64,000 bases of DNA from Octopus vulgaris (lineage: Eukaryota). The stretch's first letter is position 1; each line of letters begins with the position of its first letter. Of this stretch, positions 51,206-64,000 are shown one piece after another. The notes under the pieces were generated by a model, which was given only the letters and a program-made list of their open reading frames with translations, searched no databases and was not told the origin of the DNA. The translations under genes were made by a program, and so were the position numbers. The stretch spans positions 33,542,001 through 33,606,000 of the forward strand of contig OX597814.1 of NCBI GenBank assembly GCA_951406725.2, read 5' to 3'.

Positions 51206-51253
51206 AAAATCTGTTACTCTGAGTTTCTCGTTGCCGTTCATCAGACAGTTTTT
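51206..51253 (-). ncRNA. Minimal type I hammerhead ribozyme in pLTR-like fragment (~51175-51545) next to (TA)n
   Basis: rc: AAAAACTGT CTGATGA ACG GCAA CGA GAAAC TCAGA GTA ACAGATTTT; core intact, GNRA loop II, one mismatch at base of stem II, stem III ACTC-A-GAGT. Confidence 0.75.
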
Positions 51254-51674
51254 GCTAGAATGGAACTTATATATTAATTCAATCTATACTCTTACAAACG
51301 CTACACCTTTAAAAAGAAATGGACTTGTTTGATTGGCCCTTTAGAAAAAACGGTCAATCTTCGAGCGATAAACAAAAGGGTCAAAAATATATGTATATAT
51401 ATATAAAAAAACTTATAAAAATTATAAAAATTATAAAATCCGAGGAAAAAACCTATTGCCGTTAATGAAGACAGTACAAATTAATGCATAGAAATTAAAC
51501 CTGTTATAAATACTGCAATACATATTTATATTAAAATCCACATATATATATCAACATACACAAAAGGATGCGCGTAAACGCCATACATACATATACAGAC
51601 GTATGAATATAAATCTAAATTATACACATAAAAGCATGTGTACATATATTCACGCAAACCGTCTCGCACGCAAG

Positions 51675-51790
<116 letters not shown>

Positions 51791-52231
51791 TAAGTACCTA
51801 TATCATCTTTATATCTACGTTTGTGAATGTATGCCCATATGGCTGTGTATGTTTGTATTTTGTGTTTGTCATTTTTGTTTAGCCTCAAGTTAGCGCCGAT
51901 CGAAGAGATCTCTGATTAGAGGTATTCCAACCGTGACCGTCCGGTTTGTTACTCGTGTGTAGCGGACCCGGTACCACATTATCGAAGTGTCCCTTTTTAA
52001 GAAGGAAAACGATGTAAGTCAAGGGAGGTTGTTTGTCTGCTATTTCTTGTAGGTTCTGGCAACCACACAGAAGCTCCAGTGTATATATATGTGAGTGTGT
52101 GTGTGGTTGAATATGTGAGATGTTTGTATGAATGTGTCCATGTGTATGTTAGTTTGAATGAGTCTTCGTGTGTATATTACTGCGAGTGAATGTGCTTGTA
52201 TACCTATGTTTGAATTGGTGGGTAGATACTC

Positions 52232-52461
52232 TTTTTACTCTTTACTCTTTTACTTGTTTCAGTCATTTGACTGCGGCCCTGCTGGAGCACCTCCTTCAGT
52301 CGAGCAAATCGCCCCCAGGACTTATTCTTTGTAAGCCTAGTACTTGTTCTATCGGCCCCTTTTGCCGAACCTCTAAGTTACGGGAACGTAAACACACCAG
52401 CATCGCTTGTCAAGCGATGTTGGGGGAACAAACACAGACACACAAACAAATACACATACAT

Positions 52462-52518
<57 letters not shown>

Positions 52519-52692
52519 CATATATACGATGGGCTTCCTTCAGTTTCCGTCTACCAAATCCACTCACAAGGTTTTGGTCGGCCCGAGGCTTTAGTAGAAG
52601 ACACTTGCCCAAGGTGCCATGCAGTGGGACTGATCCTGGAACCATGTGGTTGGTAAGCAAGGTACTTACCACACAGCCACTCCTGCGCCTAT
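52232..52692 (-). mobile_element. SINE family D, full length
   Basis: Head rc of CTTACCACACAGCCACTCCTGCGCCT; internal (TA)n/(CA)n; tail (AAAGAGT)n. Confidence 0.9.
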
Positions 52693-52849
52693 GTTTGTTA
52701 TATGTGCATGTATATGTGTTTATGTATATGTGTCTATATGTGTGTGTGTATGTGTGCGTGCATGCCTATGTGTGTTTATGCATGTCATAATGCATGTGTG
52801 TTTCCTTTAAATTTTACCTTCGAGCTACAAAATGGCTTCCATATATTTG

Positions 52850-53203
52850 TTGTTGTTGGTACTGGTGGTGGTGGTGGTGGTGGTGGTGGTGGTGGTGGTG
52901 GTGGTGGTGGTGGTGGTGGTGGAGGTCGTGGCTGTGGTCGCTCTCGTGGTAGTGGATCACATCGATGGTGATAGAGGTGGTGGGGACGGCAGTGGTGGTT
53001 GCGGTTGTGGTGGCGATGGCTTCGGCGTTGATGGTTAGTGTGCTGTTTTTGTAGTAGTAGTAGTTGTTGCTATTGAACTTAGCTGTGGGGGAGGGGTAGT
53101 GGTGGTGGTGGCGTTGGTAATGGTGTCCGTGGCAGCTCTGTAGTGATGGTGGTGGAGCTGGTATCGATGATGATGTTGATGATGATGATGGTGGTAGTGG
53201 TGG

Positions 53204-53243
<40 letters not shown>

Positions 53244-53246
53244 TGT

Positions 53247-53287
<41 letters not shown>

Positions 53288-53647
53288 GTGATGATGGTGA
53301 TGGTGATGATGATGATGATGATGTTTAGTTGTTTGGTAGTGGTTGTGATAGTATCGTTCTTGTGGTGGTTATTTGTTATTCATCGTTGTTGTGGTGGTCA
53401 TGGTCGTCGTCTTCTTCGACTACGACGCCGTGGTAATGGTAGTGACAATGATGGTGGTGGTGGTGGTGGTGGTGGCGGTGGAGGTGGTGGTGGTTGCAAT
53501 GGTATCGTTGTAGTCCTTTCGTTTTTGCTTGTTAGTTTGGTAATGGTGATGATAAAGACGATGGCGGCGGCGGTGTTGACGCTAAGGACTTTATCGTTAT
53601 TGCTGTTGTTGTTGTTGTTGTTCTTCTTCTTCTTCTTCTTGGTGTTC

Positions 53648-53679
<32 letters not shown>

Positions 53680-54275
53680 CTTCTTCTTCTTCTTCTTCTT
53701 CTTCTTCTTCTTCTTCTTCTTCTTCTTCTTGGTGTTCTTGTTGTTGTTGTTGTTCTTCTTCTTCTTCTTGGTGTTCTTGTTGTTGTTGTTGTTCTTCTTC
53801 TTCTTGGTGTTGTTGTTGTTGTTCTTCTTCTTCTTGGTGTGCTTGTTGTTGTTGTTGTTCTTCTTCTTCTTCTTCTTCTTGGTGTTCTTGTTGTTGTTCT
53901 TCTTCTTTTTCTTCTTCTTCTTCTTCTTGGTGTTCTTGTTGTTGTTCTTCTTTTTCTTCTTCTTGGTGTTCTTGTTGCTGTTGTTGTTCTTCTTTTTCTT
54001 GGTGTTCTTGTTCTTGTTGTTGTTGTTGCTCTTCTTCTTCTTCTTCTTCTTGGTGTTCTTGTTGTTGTTCTTCTTCTTTTTCTTCTTCTTGTTCTTGGTG
54101 TTCTTGTTCTTCTTCTTCTTCTTCTTCTTCTTCTTCTTGGCGGTGGTGGTAGTGATGGTGTTGGCGCTGGCGTTGACGATGACGATGATGATAATGACGA
54201 CGACGACGACAACGACGATAATGGCGGTTATAATGGCGACGGTATTGCGGTTATTGTTGACGTTGTTGTTATTAT
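52850..54275. repeat. Long compound trinucleotide tract (GGT, GAT, TTG/TTC)
   Basis: Higher-order unit TTGGTGTTC(TTG)n(TTC)n at ~53600-54140; source of the 344-aa and 226-aa ORFs. Confidence 0.95.
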
Positions 54276-54569
54276 AGCTCGAAGTCTATTTTATAAATAT
54301 CTACGTCTGAATTGCTACAAGCAAATATTTCCTTTTTGTTTGTTTTTTTATCATGTTGTTTGGTTGTTTGTGTGAGGGGGAGGGGTTTCTTTGAGGAGAG
54401 GAGTCTGTTTTTCATTTATCTTTTTTTTTCTAATTATGTTCGTGCTTTTGTTTACTTTTTGTTATAGGAATTTTTGAATTTTGTTGGCATTTTTGTTGTT
54501 GTTTTCCTCAAACAACGAATGAGGCTGGTGAGATCGCTCTTGGTGTTGGTGCTAGTTTGTGGTATCAGG

Positions 54570-54577
54570 TGTTGGTG

Positions 54578-54635
<58 letters not shown>

Positions 54636-54772
54636 CAATAGCAGCAGTAGTAGTAGTAGTTGTAGTGTTTTAGTAGTAGTAATAGTAGTAGTAGTAGTAG
54701 TGTTTTAGTAGTTGTAGTAGTTGTAGTGTTTTAGTAGTAGTAGTAGTAGCAGCATTAATAGTAGTAGTGGCG

Positions 54773-54846
<74 letters not shown>

Positions 54847-55025
54847 TGTTGTAGTAGTAGTAGTGGTGGTGGTGGTGGTGGTGATGGTGGTGCTACTGCT
54901 GCAGTTGGTTGTGCTGATGGTGGTAGCACTGGTGGTTGTAGTATTGGTAGTAGTGGTGGTGGTGGTTGTGTTGATGGCGGTGGTGATGGTGGTGATGGTG
55001 GTGCTGCTGCTGATGATGATGATCG
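54570..55025. repeat. (GTA/GCA/GGT)n tract
   Basis: Direct. Confidence 0.93.
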
Positions 55026-55909
55026 ACTAGGCCCCTTTGCCACCACCCCCCAAAAAATTTCAAGCCTTGTGCTTATGGTAGAGGGAATTGTTTTTAGCTA
55101 GATCATTTGTAAACAGAGATGGGTGGTCTCATTGCACTTTACTGACAGGAAACGCACATGCACCAGTGTCTTCGAGGCCTCTGGTAACCAAGATTGGCCA
55201 TGTGTTTGCACACGTTTGTGCACAGATCTAGACAAGATCATTTTGATGATGATTTTCTTCAGTTACCCATGTATGAAAGCCTGCCCTACACCTTTCCACG
55301 CTGCTAATATTTACCCAAGGTGAAACACTGCTGTCTTGGACCGGCTCGGCTTAGCACCACCGTCGTGAAAATCATTGCTGTAGGAACGTTAAGGGCAGAA
55401 TAAATACCACAAGCTATCTTTTCCGATTCTCCAACAGTTTCGTCATTCTACAGGCCAGGATGGGACTTTTTTTTTTTAACAAGCCAAAAAGATGAAAGGT
55501 AAAGTTGCCATCGGAACAAATGCTGTGAAACATTATGCCCGACGCCTTATTGACATATTCTTCCCACCATAGGTCATAGACAGAAAGAAAAATAGAAGTA
55601 CCGCCACCACCACCAACAACAACAACGACTAGTATGATGCAGGAAAAATACTCAGGCTTTCCAAATATCTTGGCATTTTCCGTTCTGCCTCAAAAATCTT
55701 TTGGAATACTAGCGAACTATATGCGACACAGGAAATGAAAATATCTATTCTAAGTAATCACTTAACGGTCAAGAAATACCAATCAAATCTCCTTCAGATC
55801 ATACCTTACCGGCTTTAACAAAACAACACATTGTAGTGCGGGGTACGTTGTGCCTGAAACTAGATGTGAATGGTCTTGGCTGGAAAGCTTTCGATCATAT
55901 GCCTGCTTG

Positions 55910-56210
55910 TTGTTTTGTTGTTTGTTCCTTCTCGAGCCATGCCTGGCTCACAGTGCCGGTTTCCCGGTTTCCTTGGCGTATAGGTTCCCCACCTGGAAGG
56001 GACGCAGGTGAACTGCAAGATGCTGGAGGAAAGAGTGAGAGAAGGTTGTGGCGAATGATCCAGCAGAAGTTCACCATTACATTCTACCGGAGTCGCGTGG
56101 AGCTTAGGTGTTTCGCCCATAAACACACACATCGCTCGGTCTGAGATTCGAAACCCGCGATCCCTCGACCGCGAGTCCGCTGTTCTAACCACTAGGCCAT
56201 GTGCCTCCAC
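55910..56210 (-). mobile_element. SINE family C
   Basis: TSD ATATGCCTGCTTG at 55897-55909 and 56211-56223. Confidence 0.9.
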
Positions 56211-56304
56211 ATATGCCTGCTTGATCAAGACCAATTTAGGTCTAAACATCATCTTCATCATCATGAACAGCAGCAGTAACAAACTGTCAGATTAATTTGC
56301 TTAA

Positions 56305-56586
56305 CACTTTAGCCACCACGGCCTGTCACTGGAACATACCGGTGACGCCATTTGTTTAGCGCAGTGACACTGCATACTGTTTAATTGCAAGATGAAATCT
56401 TTTTGCTTGCAGTTTTACAATATTTCATAATTAAACTTTAATATTTAGCACTCATGTTATTTAAATATCCTCAAAACCATGTCAAAGATACAGAATAAAA
56501 AATCTTCTCAAATCATGAAAATGTACGACCGGTGGTTGTGTGAAGTTTGCGACGAACCAGTCATAGTACACGTGGCGGTTAACGTG
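56305..56586. mobile_element. piggyBac-like MITE
   Basis: TTAA|CACTTTAGCCACCACG ... CGTGGCGGTTAACGTG|TTAA (13/16 TIR match). Confidence 0.8.
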
Positions 56587-57424
56587 TTAATTTTCTCATG
56601 ACATTGAAGATAAAGACAAAATCGTTGATATAATCAAGCCCTCCTTCAGTCTAAAACAGGCGCCACACACAGAGATGTGCAGTACTTCACTATAATAACT
56701 AATGTCTTCTTTCTCGTCGCCATATAAGTGAAAAATCTCAAATTCCCCATTGAGTAAGGTTTTGCTGGAAAAGGGGAAAAAATTCTTAACAAGACGAAAA
56801 TAGCAACGAAATATTTTTAAAAAAAAAAAAAAGCAGTAGCAACAACAAAAACAAAAACAACAGCAATAACAGTTAGACTACTTGGTCCCACCCACTTGTG
56901 GCGTCAAGTGTTACAAGAAACTGTACTTAGGAGGACCAAAGCTTTAGTGAAAAGCTAGCTTTCCTTCGGGCTAAAATTCGTTATCATCAAACGTATATAA
57001 TTCACAAAGAAGCAGTGTTTTGTAGCTGTGTTATACTGATTGTAGGAAGCTTCTTAGCGGAGTGGTTAGAGCAACAGATAAAATTCCTTGCGGTATTTTT
57101 TCCGTTCTTTGTAGTCTTAGTTCAAATCTCACGGAGCTCGATTTTTGCCTATTATCACATTCTGGAGGGGTATTAGTCAAGTACTGAATTTATTTCTTTT
57201 TCTCCTTCTCTCTTATCAGTTATCTTGGATTATGTGAAGGGTTACGGAAGAGCCTACGTGCAATTTTCTTTTTCGTATTTTTTTTCTCTCTCTCGAAGTA
57301 GAGAAAGGCTGAGGAAGGAGCTAGCAAATTTTCGTCATAGAAAAATAGGTGTAGCACGTTTGTGTAATTTGGAAAAGGAAAGAAGAAGAAGAAGAAGAAG
57401 AAGAAGAAGAAGAAGAAGAAGAAG

Positions 57425-57456
<32 letters not shown>

Positions 57457-57515
57457 TTTCAACAAGGTATTACTCCTTAGTAAACTCCGTCCATCTCATT
57501 ATTTTCGTCAACGTA

Positions 57516-57705
57516 AGGCGGCGAGCTGGCAGAAAAGTTAGCACGCCGGGCGAAATGCGTAGCCGTATTTCGTCTGCCGTTACGTTCTGAGTTCAAATTC
57601 CGCCGAGGTCGACTTTGCCTTTCATCCTTTCGGGGTCGATTAAATAAGTACCAGTTACGGACTGGGGTCGATATAATCGACTTAATCCGTTTGTCTGTCC
57701 TTGAT
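57516..57705 (+). mobile_element. SINE family A
   Basis: Head and central domain near-identical to other young copies in window. Confidence 0.9.
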
Positions 57706-57814
57706 TGTGCTTTCTTTCCCTTGAGTCTGGTCCTTATTCAATCGATCTCTCCGCGAAAAGGTACGCCATACTGTGAGAGAAATATCATTTAATATACACA
57801 GTGCTTAAATACGG

Positions 57815-58100
57815 TGAGAGTGCGTGGCTAAGTGGTAAGGAGTATTCGGCTCATGATCGAAAGGTCGCGAGATCGATACTCGACGGCGCGTTGTGTCTTC
57901 GTGCAAGGCATTTTATTTCATGTTGTTCCAGTTCATTCAGCTGGCAACAAGGAATGGTACCTGCATTGCATTTGTGACAGATGCCTGCTTCATCACATTT
58001 TGTGGAATCCTCAGCCTCTTGCACATTAATTTCAAGAGCCGGTCGGTCCGTGTACCAGATGAATTGGAACCTTCGCCGTCGTAAACGACTGAGTCCCCAG
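57815..58100 (+). mobile_element. Diverged CORE-like SINE
   Basis: GCGTGGCTAAGTGGTAAG head; TGTGTCTTCGTGCAAGGCA; CCAGTTCATTCAGCTG. Confidence 0.65.
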
Positions 58101-58179
58101 TTATTTAAATACGAGCTACTAATAACTTCTTGTCGTGGAAACAATAATTCGGCAAATTTATATATCATGGCTTGTGTTA

Positions 58180-58412
58180 AGGCGGTGAGCTGGCAGAAAC
58201 GTTAGCACGCCGGGCGAAATGCGTAGCCGTATTTCGTCCGCCGTTACGTTCTGAGTTCACATTCCGCCGAGGTCGACTTTGCCTTTCATCCTTTCGGGGT
58301 CGATAAATAAAGTACCAGTTACGCACTGGGGGTCGATGTAATCGACTTAATCCCTTTGTCTGTCCTTGTTTGTCCCCTCTATGTTTAGCCCCTTTGTGGG
58401 CAGTAAAGAAAT
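58180..58412 (+). mobile_element. SINE family A
   Basis: Full length; TSD ATATATCAT(G/A)GCTTGTGTT. Confidence 0.9.
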
Positions 58413-58674
58413 ATATATCATAGCTTGTGTTTCCAAGCAAACTTTTCCGACTCGAATAGATATCGTTGGTTTTATTTGAAGAAGAAGAAGAAGAAGAAGA
58501 AGAAGAAGAAGAAGAAGAAGAAGAAGAAGAAGAAGAAGAAGAAGAAGAAGAAATTATAAAGGGCGCTGGCCTATGAGAAAAGCGAGCGGAAAGTGAATGT
58601 AAAAGGTGGAATGTGAGAAAGCGGAACGAGAACACAAAAATGTAAATAAAAACAGAAAAGAATGAAAGAAAAGG

Positions 58675-58812
58675 AAGGGTTTCTTTCCGTTTCTATCTAC
58701 CAAATCCACTGGCAACACTTTAAGCCATTGTGGAAGACACTTGCGCAAGGTGCCACACATGGAACCTGAAACAGAAACAATGTGGTTGGACAGCAAACTT
58801 CTTACCACACTG
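58675..58812 (-). mobile_element. SINE family D head fragment
   Basis: CTACCAAATCCACT..GAAGACACTTG..CAAGGTGCCAC. Confidence 0.7.
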
Positions 58813-59196
58813 CCATTAAAAAAGATAATAAAAAATTAAGAAGTATAACCTTTTTTTTTTGTTTGAGAATGGATATAAGCAACAACGTAAAATGGGTGAA
58901 TGTAAAATAAAAAAAAACCCACTATACACAAACTGACAGATAGAAGACAGACTGTCACGTAAATAAACAGAGCGGGTAGACAAGCCGGCAATAATATTCT
59001 TTCTAGTTTTCCTAACGAATAAACAACTTCACCAAAATACACATTGAAATTCTGATGAATTATTCAAAAGCTTATTGTATTGCTTGCCGTTATTGTTATT
59101 GTTATTGTTGTTGTTGTTGTTGTTGTTGTTGTAAATATTTGTAGTTGCTACTGTTTTGTTGATGTGTTTGGCAGTTGTTGCTGTTGGTGTTGTTGT

Positions 59197-59230
<34 letters not shown>

Positions 59231-59735
59231 GTTATCACATCGGTCAGGCAGTTTGTTACATCATTATATTCTGTATGGTGATTTCAAAGTCAAAAACCAT
59301 TGTCTTTAAATGTTAAGAAAAGCAAGCAACAAAGCAACCACGGCAGCAGCAGCAGCACACCACCACCACCAACAACAACATCAACAACAAGTAAAAATAA
59401 GCGCAAGAAAAGATGGAAGACAAGACGAAGGTGGCGAAGTCAGCTTAACACTATCACTGTATATAACTTTGGGGGGGGGGTTAAATACGAGGTGGAACCG
59501 GGGTGTGTTGGTGGTGATGCGAATTTGAAATGAGGCTTGGGAATTCAAAACAGACACAGGCAGTTTGACAGATATTATATGCGCGTGAATATGTTTGTAT
59601 GTGTTTATGTATGTGTATGAATGTACGTACAAATATATGTCCGTGTATATGCGTGTGTGTGTATATATATATATATACATATATATAAATACACGAGCAC
59701 ACACGCACTCTCTCTCTCTCCTGTGTGTGAGTGCG

Positions 59736-59816
<81 letters not shown>

Positions 59817-59953
59817 GTATGTGTATAATATATATATATATAAAGCTATGTGTTTCTATGCATATATTCATATATATGTACATATACAAATATATATATA
59901 TATATGCATATATATATATGTATATATGTATGTATATATATATATTTACATAA

Positions 59954-59985
<32 letters not shown>

Positions 59986-60017
59986 AAATATAAATAAATG
60001 TGTGTGTATGTTTGTGT

Positions 60018-60099
<82 letters not shown>

Positions 60100-61074
60100 A
60101 TAGCTGTATGTTAAAATATATTTTTTTCTGAGAGATTATTTGTAAACTCTAATATGTGTTGCTCAATGTGTATGTTGTATACGTTTTGTTAAATTCCCAA
60201 CCATTGAAACTGCTTGTTTTAAGATTCTTGTTTTCTGAATACATTATCGCTTCTTTTCATCGTTCACGTTGCTATTGCTGTTCTTCTTACTGTTGCTGTC
60301 GTTCTAGTTACTCTTTACCATCATATATGCTTTCCTTCTTGTTGTGTATTTGTTGGGGAAGGAGGAATAAAAAAAGCAATAATTATTTTTTAAAGCTCTG
60401 TATTTGCCTATAATTCAAATAACAAACATAGTTGAATATAGAGTGAAAAGTTTTTTCTAAACGAGAAAGCTGGAAACAAATTCAAAAACAGAACCTCAAA
60501 ATGATGCGGTTGCTTATGGTTCACTTACTGACGCACCACAGTGATAGTCTGTCTAGTTTCTGTATTTTCGAATGCTACTAAAACGGCCTCTGTTTATCAG
60601 CCCATCTGGAAACATGTAACCCATGAGCTTAGAGGCTCCACTCAGCAGTTTTACACGTGAATGAAATACAGATACTGCTAAAAGGTCTCGATGGTTCTAA
60701 ATCGTAAATCAGGGTCCTATCAAATAAGTACTGGTAATACGCTGAGTTCGATTAAATCGATTACATCATTTATTATGCAATGTTTCACTGTATGTCTAGT
60801 TAAAAAGAAATCACAAGCACCCGGAACCGCATGAGCACTCCCAACCCGAGAGACGCAAGAAACTTCTGAACAACACTTATGTAAAATAGCTCTGCTCCTG
60901 AAAACCTAAATTGAAGAAATTCTAGTACGTTTTCTATCACGTTCCTGATTTTCCGTCTCTTGTCATTAACTACCAATCAAACAGACCGATTAAGATTACT
61001 TGGTCTTCTTCTTTTGTTTTATATTTGTCTTTGGTATATTTTTTTCTTTTCAGTTATCTTGTTACGCGTTACCC

Positions 61075-61304
61075 TTATTTCTTTACTGCCCACAAGGGGC
61101 TAGACACAGAGGGGACAAACCAGGACAAACAACGGGATTAAGTCGATTATATCGACCCAGTGCGTAACTGGTACTTAATTTATCGACCCCGAACTGATGA
61201 AAGGCAAAGTCGACCTCGGCGGAATTTGAACTAAGAACGTAGCGGCAGACGGAATACTGCGAAGCATTTCGCCCGGCGTGCTAACATTTCTACCAGCTCG
61301 CCGC
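61075..61304 (-). mobile_element. SINE family A
   Basis: Full length; short GCGTTAC duplication at both ends. Confidence 0.88.
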
Positions 61305-61321
61305 GTTACTCTTCTTGATAT

Positions 61322-61426
<105 letters not shown>

Positions 61427-61894
61427 ACTGTAAATCAAAGAGGCTTTGAGCAGCTTACATCAGCAAAAGTGAATTCAATAGTAAACTCAGTGCCCTAGCT
61501 GTAGACATATTACTTTACCTCAAGACTCAGCGACACGTTTCACTTTTCACTTTTTTATTTGCTGATCAATACATCTGTTCACTTGTCATTTTATCTTTCT
61601 GTATTTGTGTTTATCTCTCTGTTGGTTTGATTCGTAGTTGTTGAATGTGTTGTTATTGCTGTTATTATCAATATTGCTGTTGATGTTGTTGGTGTAGTTG
61701 TGGCTGTTGTTGTTGCTGTTGTTGTTTTTGTTTTTGTTCTTGTTCTTGTTTTTGTTGTTGTTGTTGATTCTAAACTAGTGATCATCACTATTCGTTTCCT
61801 GGTTTGTGTTCTCCAGACGATTTGAGCAGAAACTGAAAAAAAAAAGAAACATTAAGGTAGAGAAAGACAGACGGAGAAAAAGTACGCATGCGTG

Positions 61895-62440
61895 CGTGAG
61901 TGATTGAGTGAGTGAGTGAACGCGCGAGTAAGTGAGTCAGTGAATCAGTGAGTGAAAAAATGACTGAGTGATCGAGCGAGCGAGTGAGTGAATGAGTGAG
62001 TGAGTGATCAAGCGAGTGAATGAGTGAGTGATTGAATGAATGAGTGAGTGATTCAGTGAATAAGTTAGTGAGTAAGTTATGAGCGAGGGGAGAGAGAAGG
62101 AGTGAGTGAGTGAGTGATCGAGTGAGTGAGTAAGTGAGTGAGCGAGTAAGTGAGTGAGTGATCAAGCGAATGAATGAGTGAGTAAGTAAATGAATGAGTG
62201 AGTGATTGAGTGAATAAGTGAGTGATCGAGCGAGTGAGTGAGTGAGTGAGTGAGTGAGTGAGTGACGAAGTGATGAGCGAGGGGAGAGAGAAGGAGTGAG
62301 TGAGTGAGTGAGTGAGTGATCAAGCGAGTGAATGAGTGAATGAGTGAGTGATTGGGTGAATAAGTGAGTGATCGAGCGAGTGAGTGAGTGAGTGAATGAG
62401 TGAGTGAGTGAGTGAATGAGTGAGTGAGCGAGTGAGTGAG
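61895..62440. repeat. Degenerate (GAGT)n satellite with higher-order units
   Basis: GAGT runs punctuated by GATC(G/A)AGC; TGAGCGAGGGGAGAGAGAAGG occurs twice. Confidence 0.9.
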
Positions 62441-62862
62441 AGTAGAGAAGGAGGGAGTGTTAATGTGGTATAGGAGCATTTTAAAGGAAGTACAGGTTGA
62501 GAAAAAGAATGAGTAGAACGAAGTAGGAAAAGATGAAAACAAAGACGAGGAAAAAGAAGAAAACAGAGCATAAAGAAAGAAAAGAGGAGACTAGAAGGAA
62601 AGCTAAAAGGATAAAGAAGAGAAAAAACTATACACAGACAGACACGGCGCATATAGAAATTTAAATGTGGATTGATACATGTATGCATATATGTGCTTCC
62701 CTCTGTCTGTCTGTATATGTGCGTGGGTGTGCGTGGGTGCGTGTGTAAATATGTATATACACTCGCATGTGTATGCTTGTATTATGTATATATGTATATT
62801 TGTACGAATACATGTATACATGTAAGTTTATATGTTATAAAGAGATAAATGGTTTGGGTCGT

Positions 62863-62889
62863 TAGATAGATAGATAGATAGATAGATAT

Positions 62890-62955
<66 letters not shown>

Positions 62956-62972
62956 GGATGGATGGATAGATG

Positions 62973-63034
<62 letters not shown>

Positions 63035-63038
63035 AAGA

Positions 63039-63074
<36 letters not shown>

Positions 63075-63091
63075 AAGACAGACAGACAGAC

Positions 63092-63140
<49 letters not shown>
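62863..63140. repeat. (GATA/GACA)n microsatellite
   Basis: Direct. Confidence 0.97.
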
Positions 63141-63142
<2 letters not shown>

Positions 63143-63376
63143 GTGATGCGAGAATGTCTGGAGGTGTAAGTAAAGGGGAGAATGAAGATATTAAAGCAGG
63201 AAGATGGGGCTGGAAGGAGGAAGAGAGTGCAAAAGACGCGGGAAGGAAGAGTGAGAGGTGAGTTGGAGTTAATGAGTTAAATAAGAAAACAAAGCTATCT
63301 CAAACGAAGAAGAGTGTTGATAGGGGAGGTAAAGAATGTAAAAGAAAGTAGGTGCAAGCAAAACAGAAGTAAAAAC

Positions 63377-63427
<51 letters not shown>

Positions 63428-64000
63428 AGGGTGAAAGAGAAACAGTGTGAAAGACTGTAGTAAAAGCTTGAAGGCAGAAGAGGTGGCATGCCATGATTAA
63501 ACTGCAGCTAAATTCTACAAAGTGGATTCGTGTCCAGAAGGCCTATAAGATTAATTAAGAAGACAAGAAACCCTACGGATAGAGGTTAGAAGCAGTGGAG
63601 CCTCGTATTCTTGGCGTAGAATTAGAAGCTTGTTTGAAAAAGTGGGTTGGGTAAGAAGGTGCGCATTATTTGAGGCAGATCAGTCCAGCTGCCCGTAGAT
63701 GTCGTTTGGCGTCATGTGAGTGACTAACTGGTTGTGTGACACATGACAACTGCAGGTGGTTCCAACTTCCGAACAGACGTTGTGAAATTTCATTATATAC
63801 AATGTGAATATTTGTGCGAGTGCGTGTACATATATACATGTGTATGTATATATATATAGAGAGAGAGAGATTTATGGGTGGGGGTATTTGTATATGTATG
63901 CATGTATGTTTGTATTCATGTACTTATATTCATATACAGACATGAGTGTGTGTGTATATGTGTGTATATTGAATAAGTGTGTCTTTATATATGTGTGTAT

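Noticed and set aside
53243-54277. 344-aa L/F-rich ORF and antisense R/T-rich ORF
   Set aside because: Pure TTG/TTC/GAT trinucleotide repeats that lack stops by composition

Overview
AT-rich, microsatellite-dense eukaryotic non-coding DNA. The SINE families match what I recall of Octopus (coleoid cephalopod) repeats, which is an inference and not a database result. No intact host protein-coding gene is recognisable, and almost all ORFs in the track are microsatellite or SINE artefacts. The window holds dozens of copies of four tRNA-derived SINE families and three mariner relics. It also has pogo-, piggyBac- and Merlin-type MITEs, a non-autonomous Helitron, and RTE, R4/Dong and Penelope-like fragments. 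The main hidden signal is about 10 hammerhead ribozyme (HHR) motifs of the minimal, palindromic-stem-III Penelope type, in several unrelated repeat families and mostly next to (TA)n. They include (i) a tRNA/Pol III-headed SINE carrying an HHR, (ii) an inverted pair of HHRs, one per strand, and (iii) an 835-bp unit with 181-bp perfect terminal redundancy and a candidate permuted HHR (retrozyme-like). There is also a decayed ~2.6-kb reading frame with SF1B/Pif1-like helicase motifs between two diverged direct repeats, and a possible PAN/fibrinogen-like pseudogene. All alignments and folds were done by eye.
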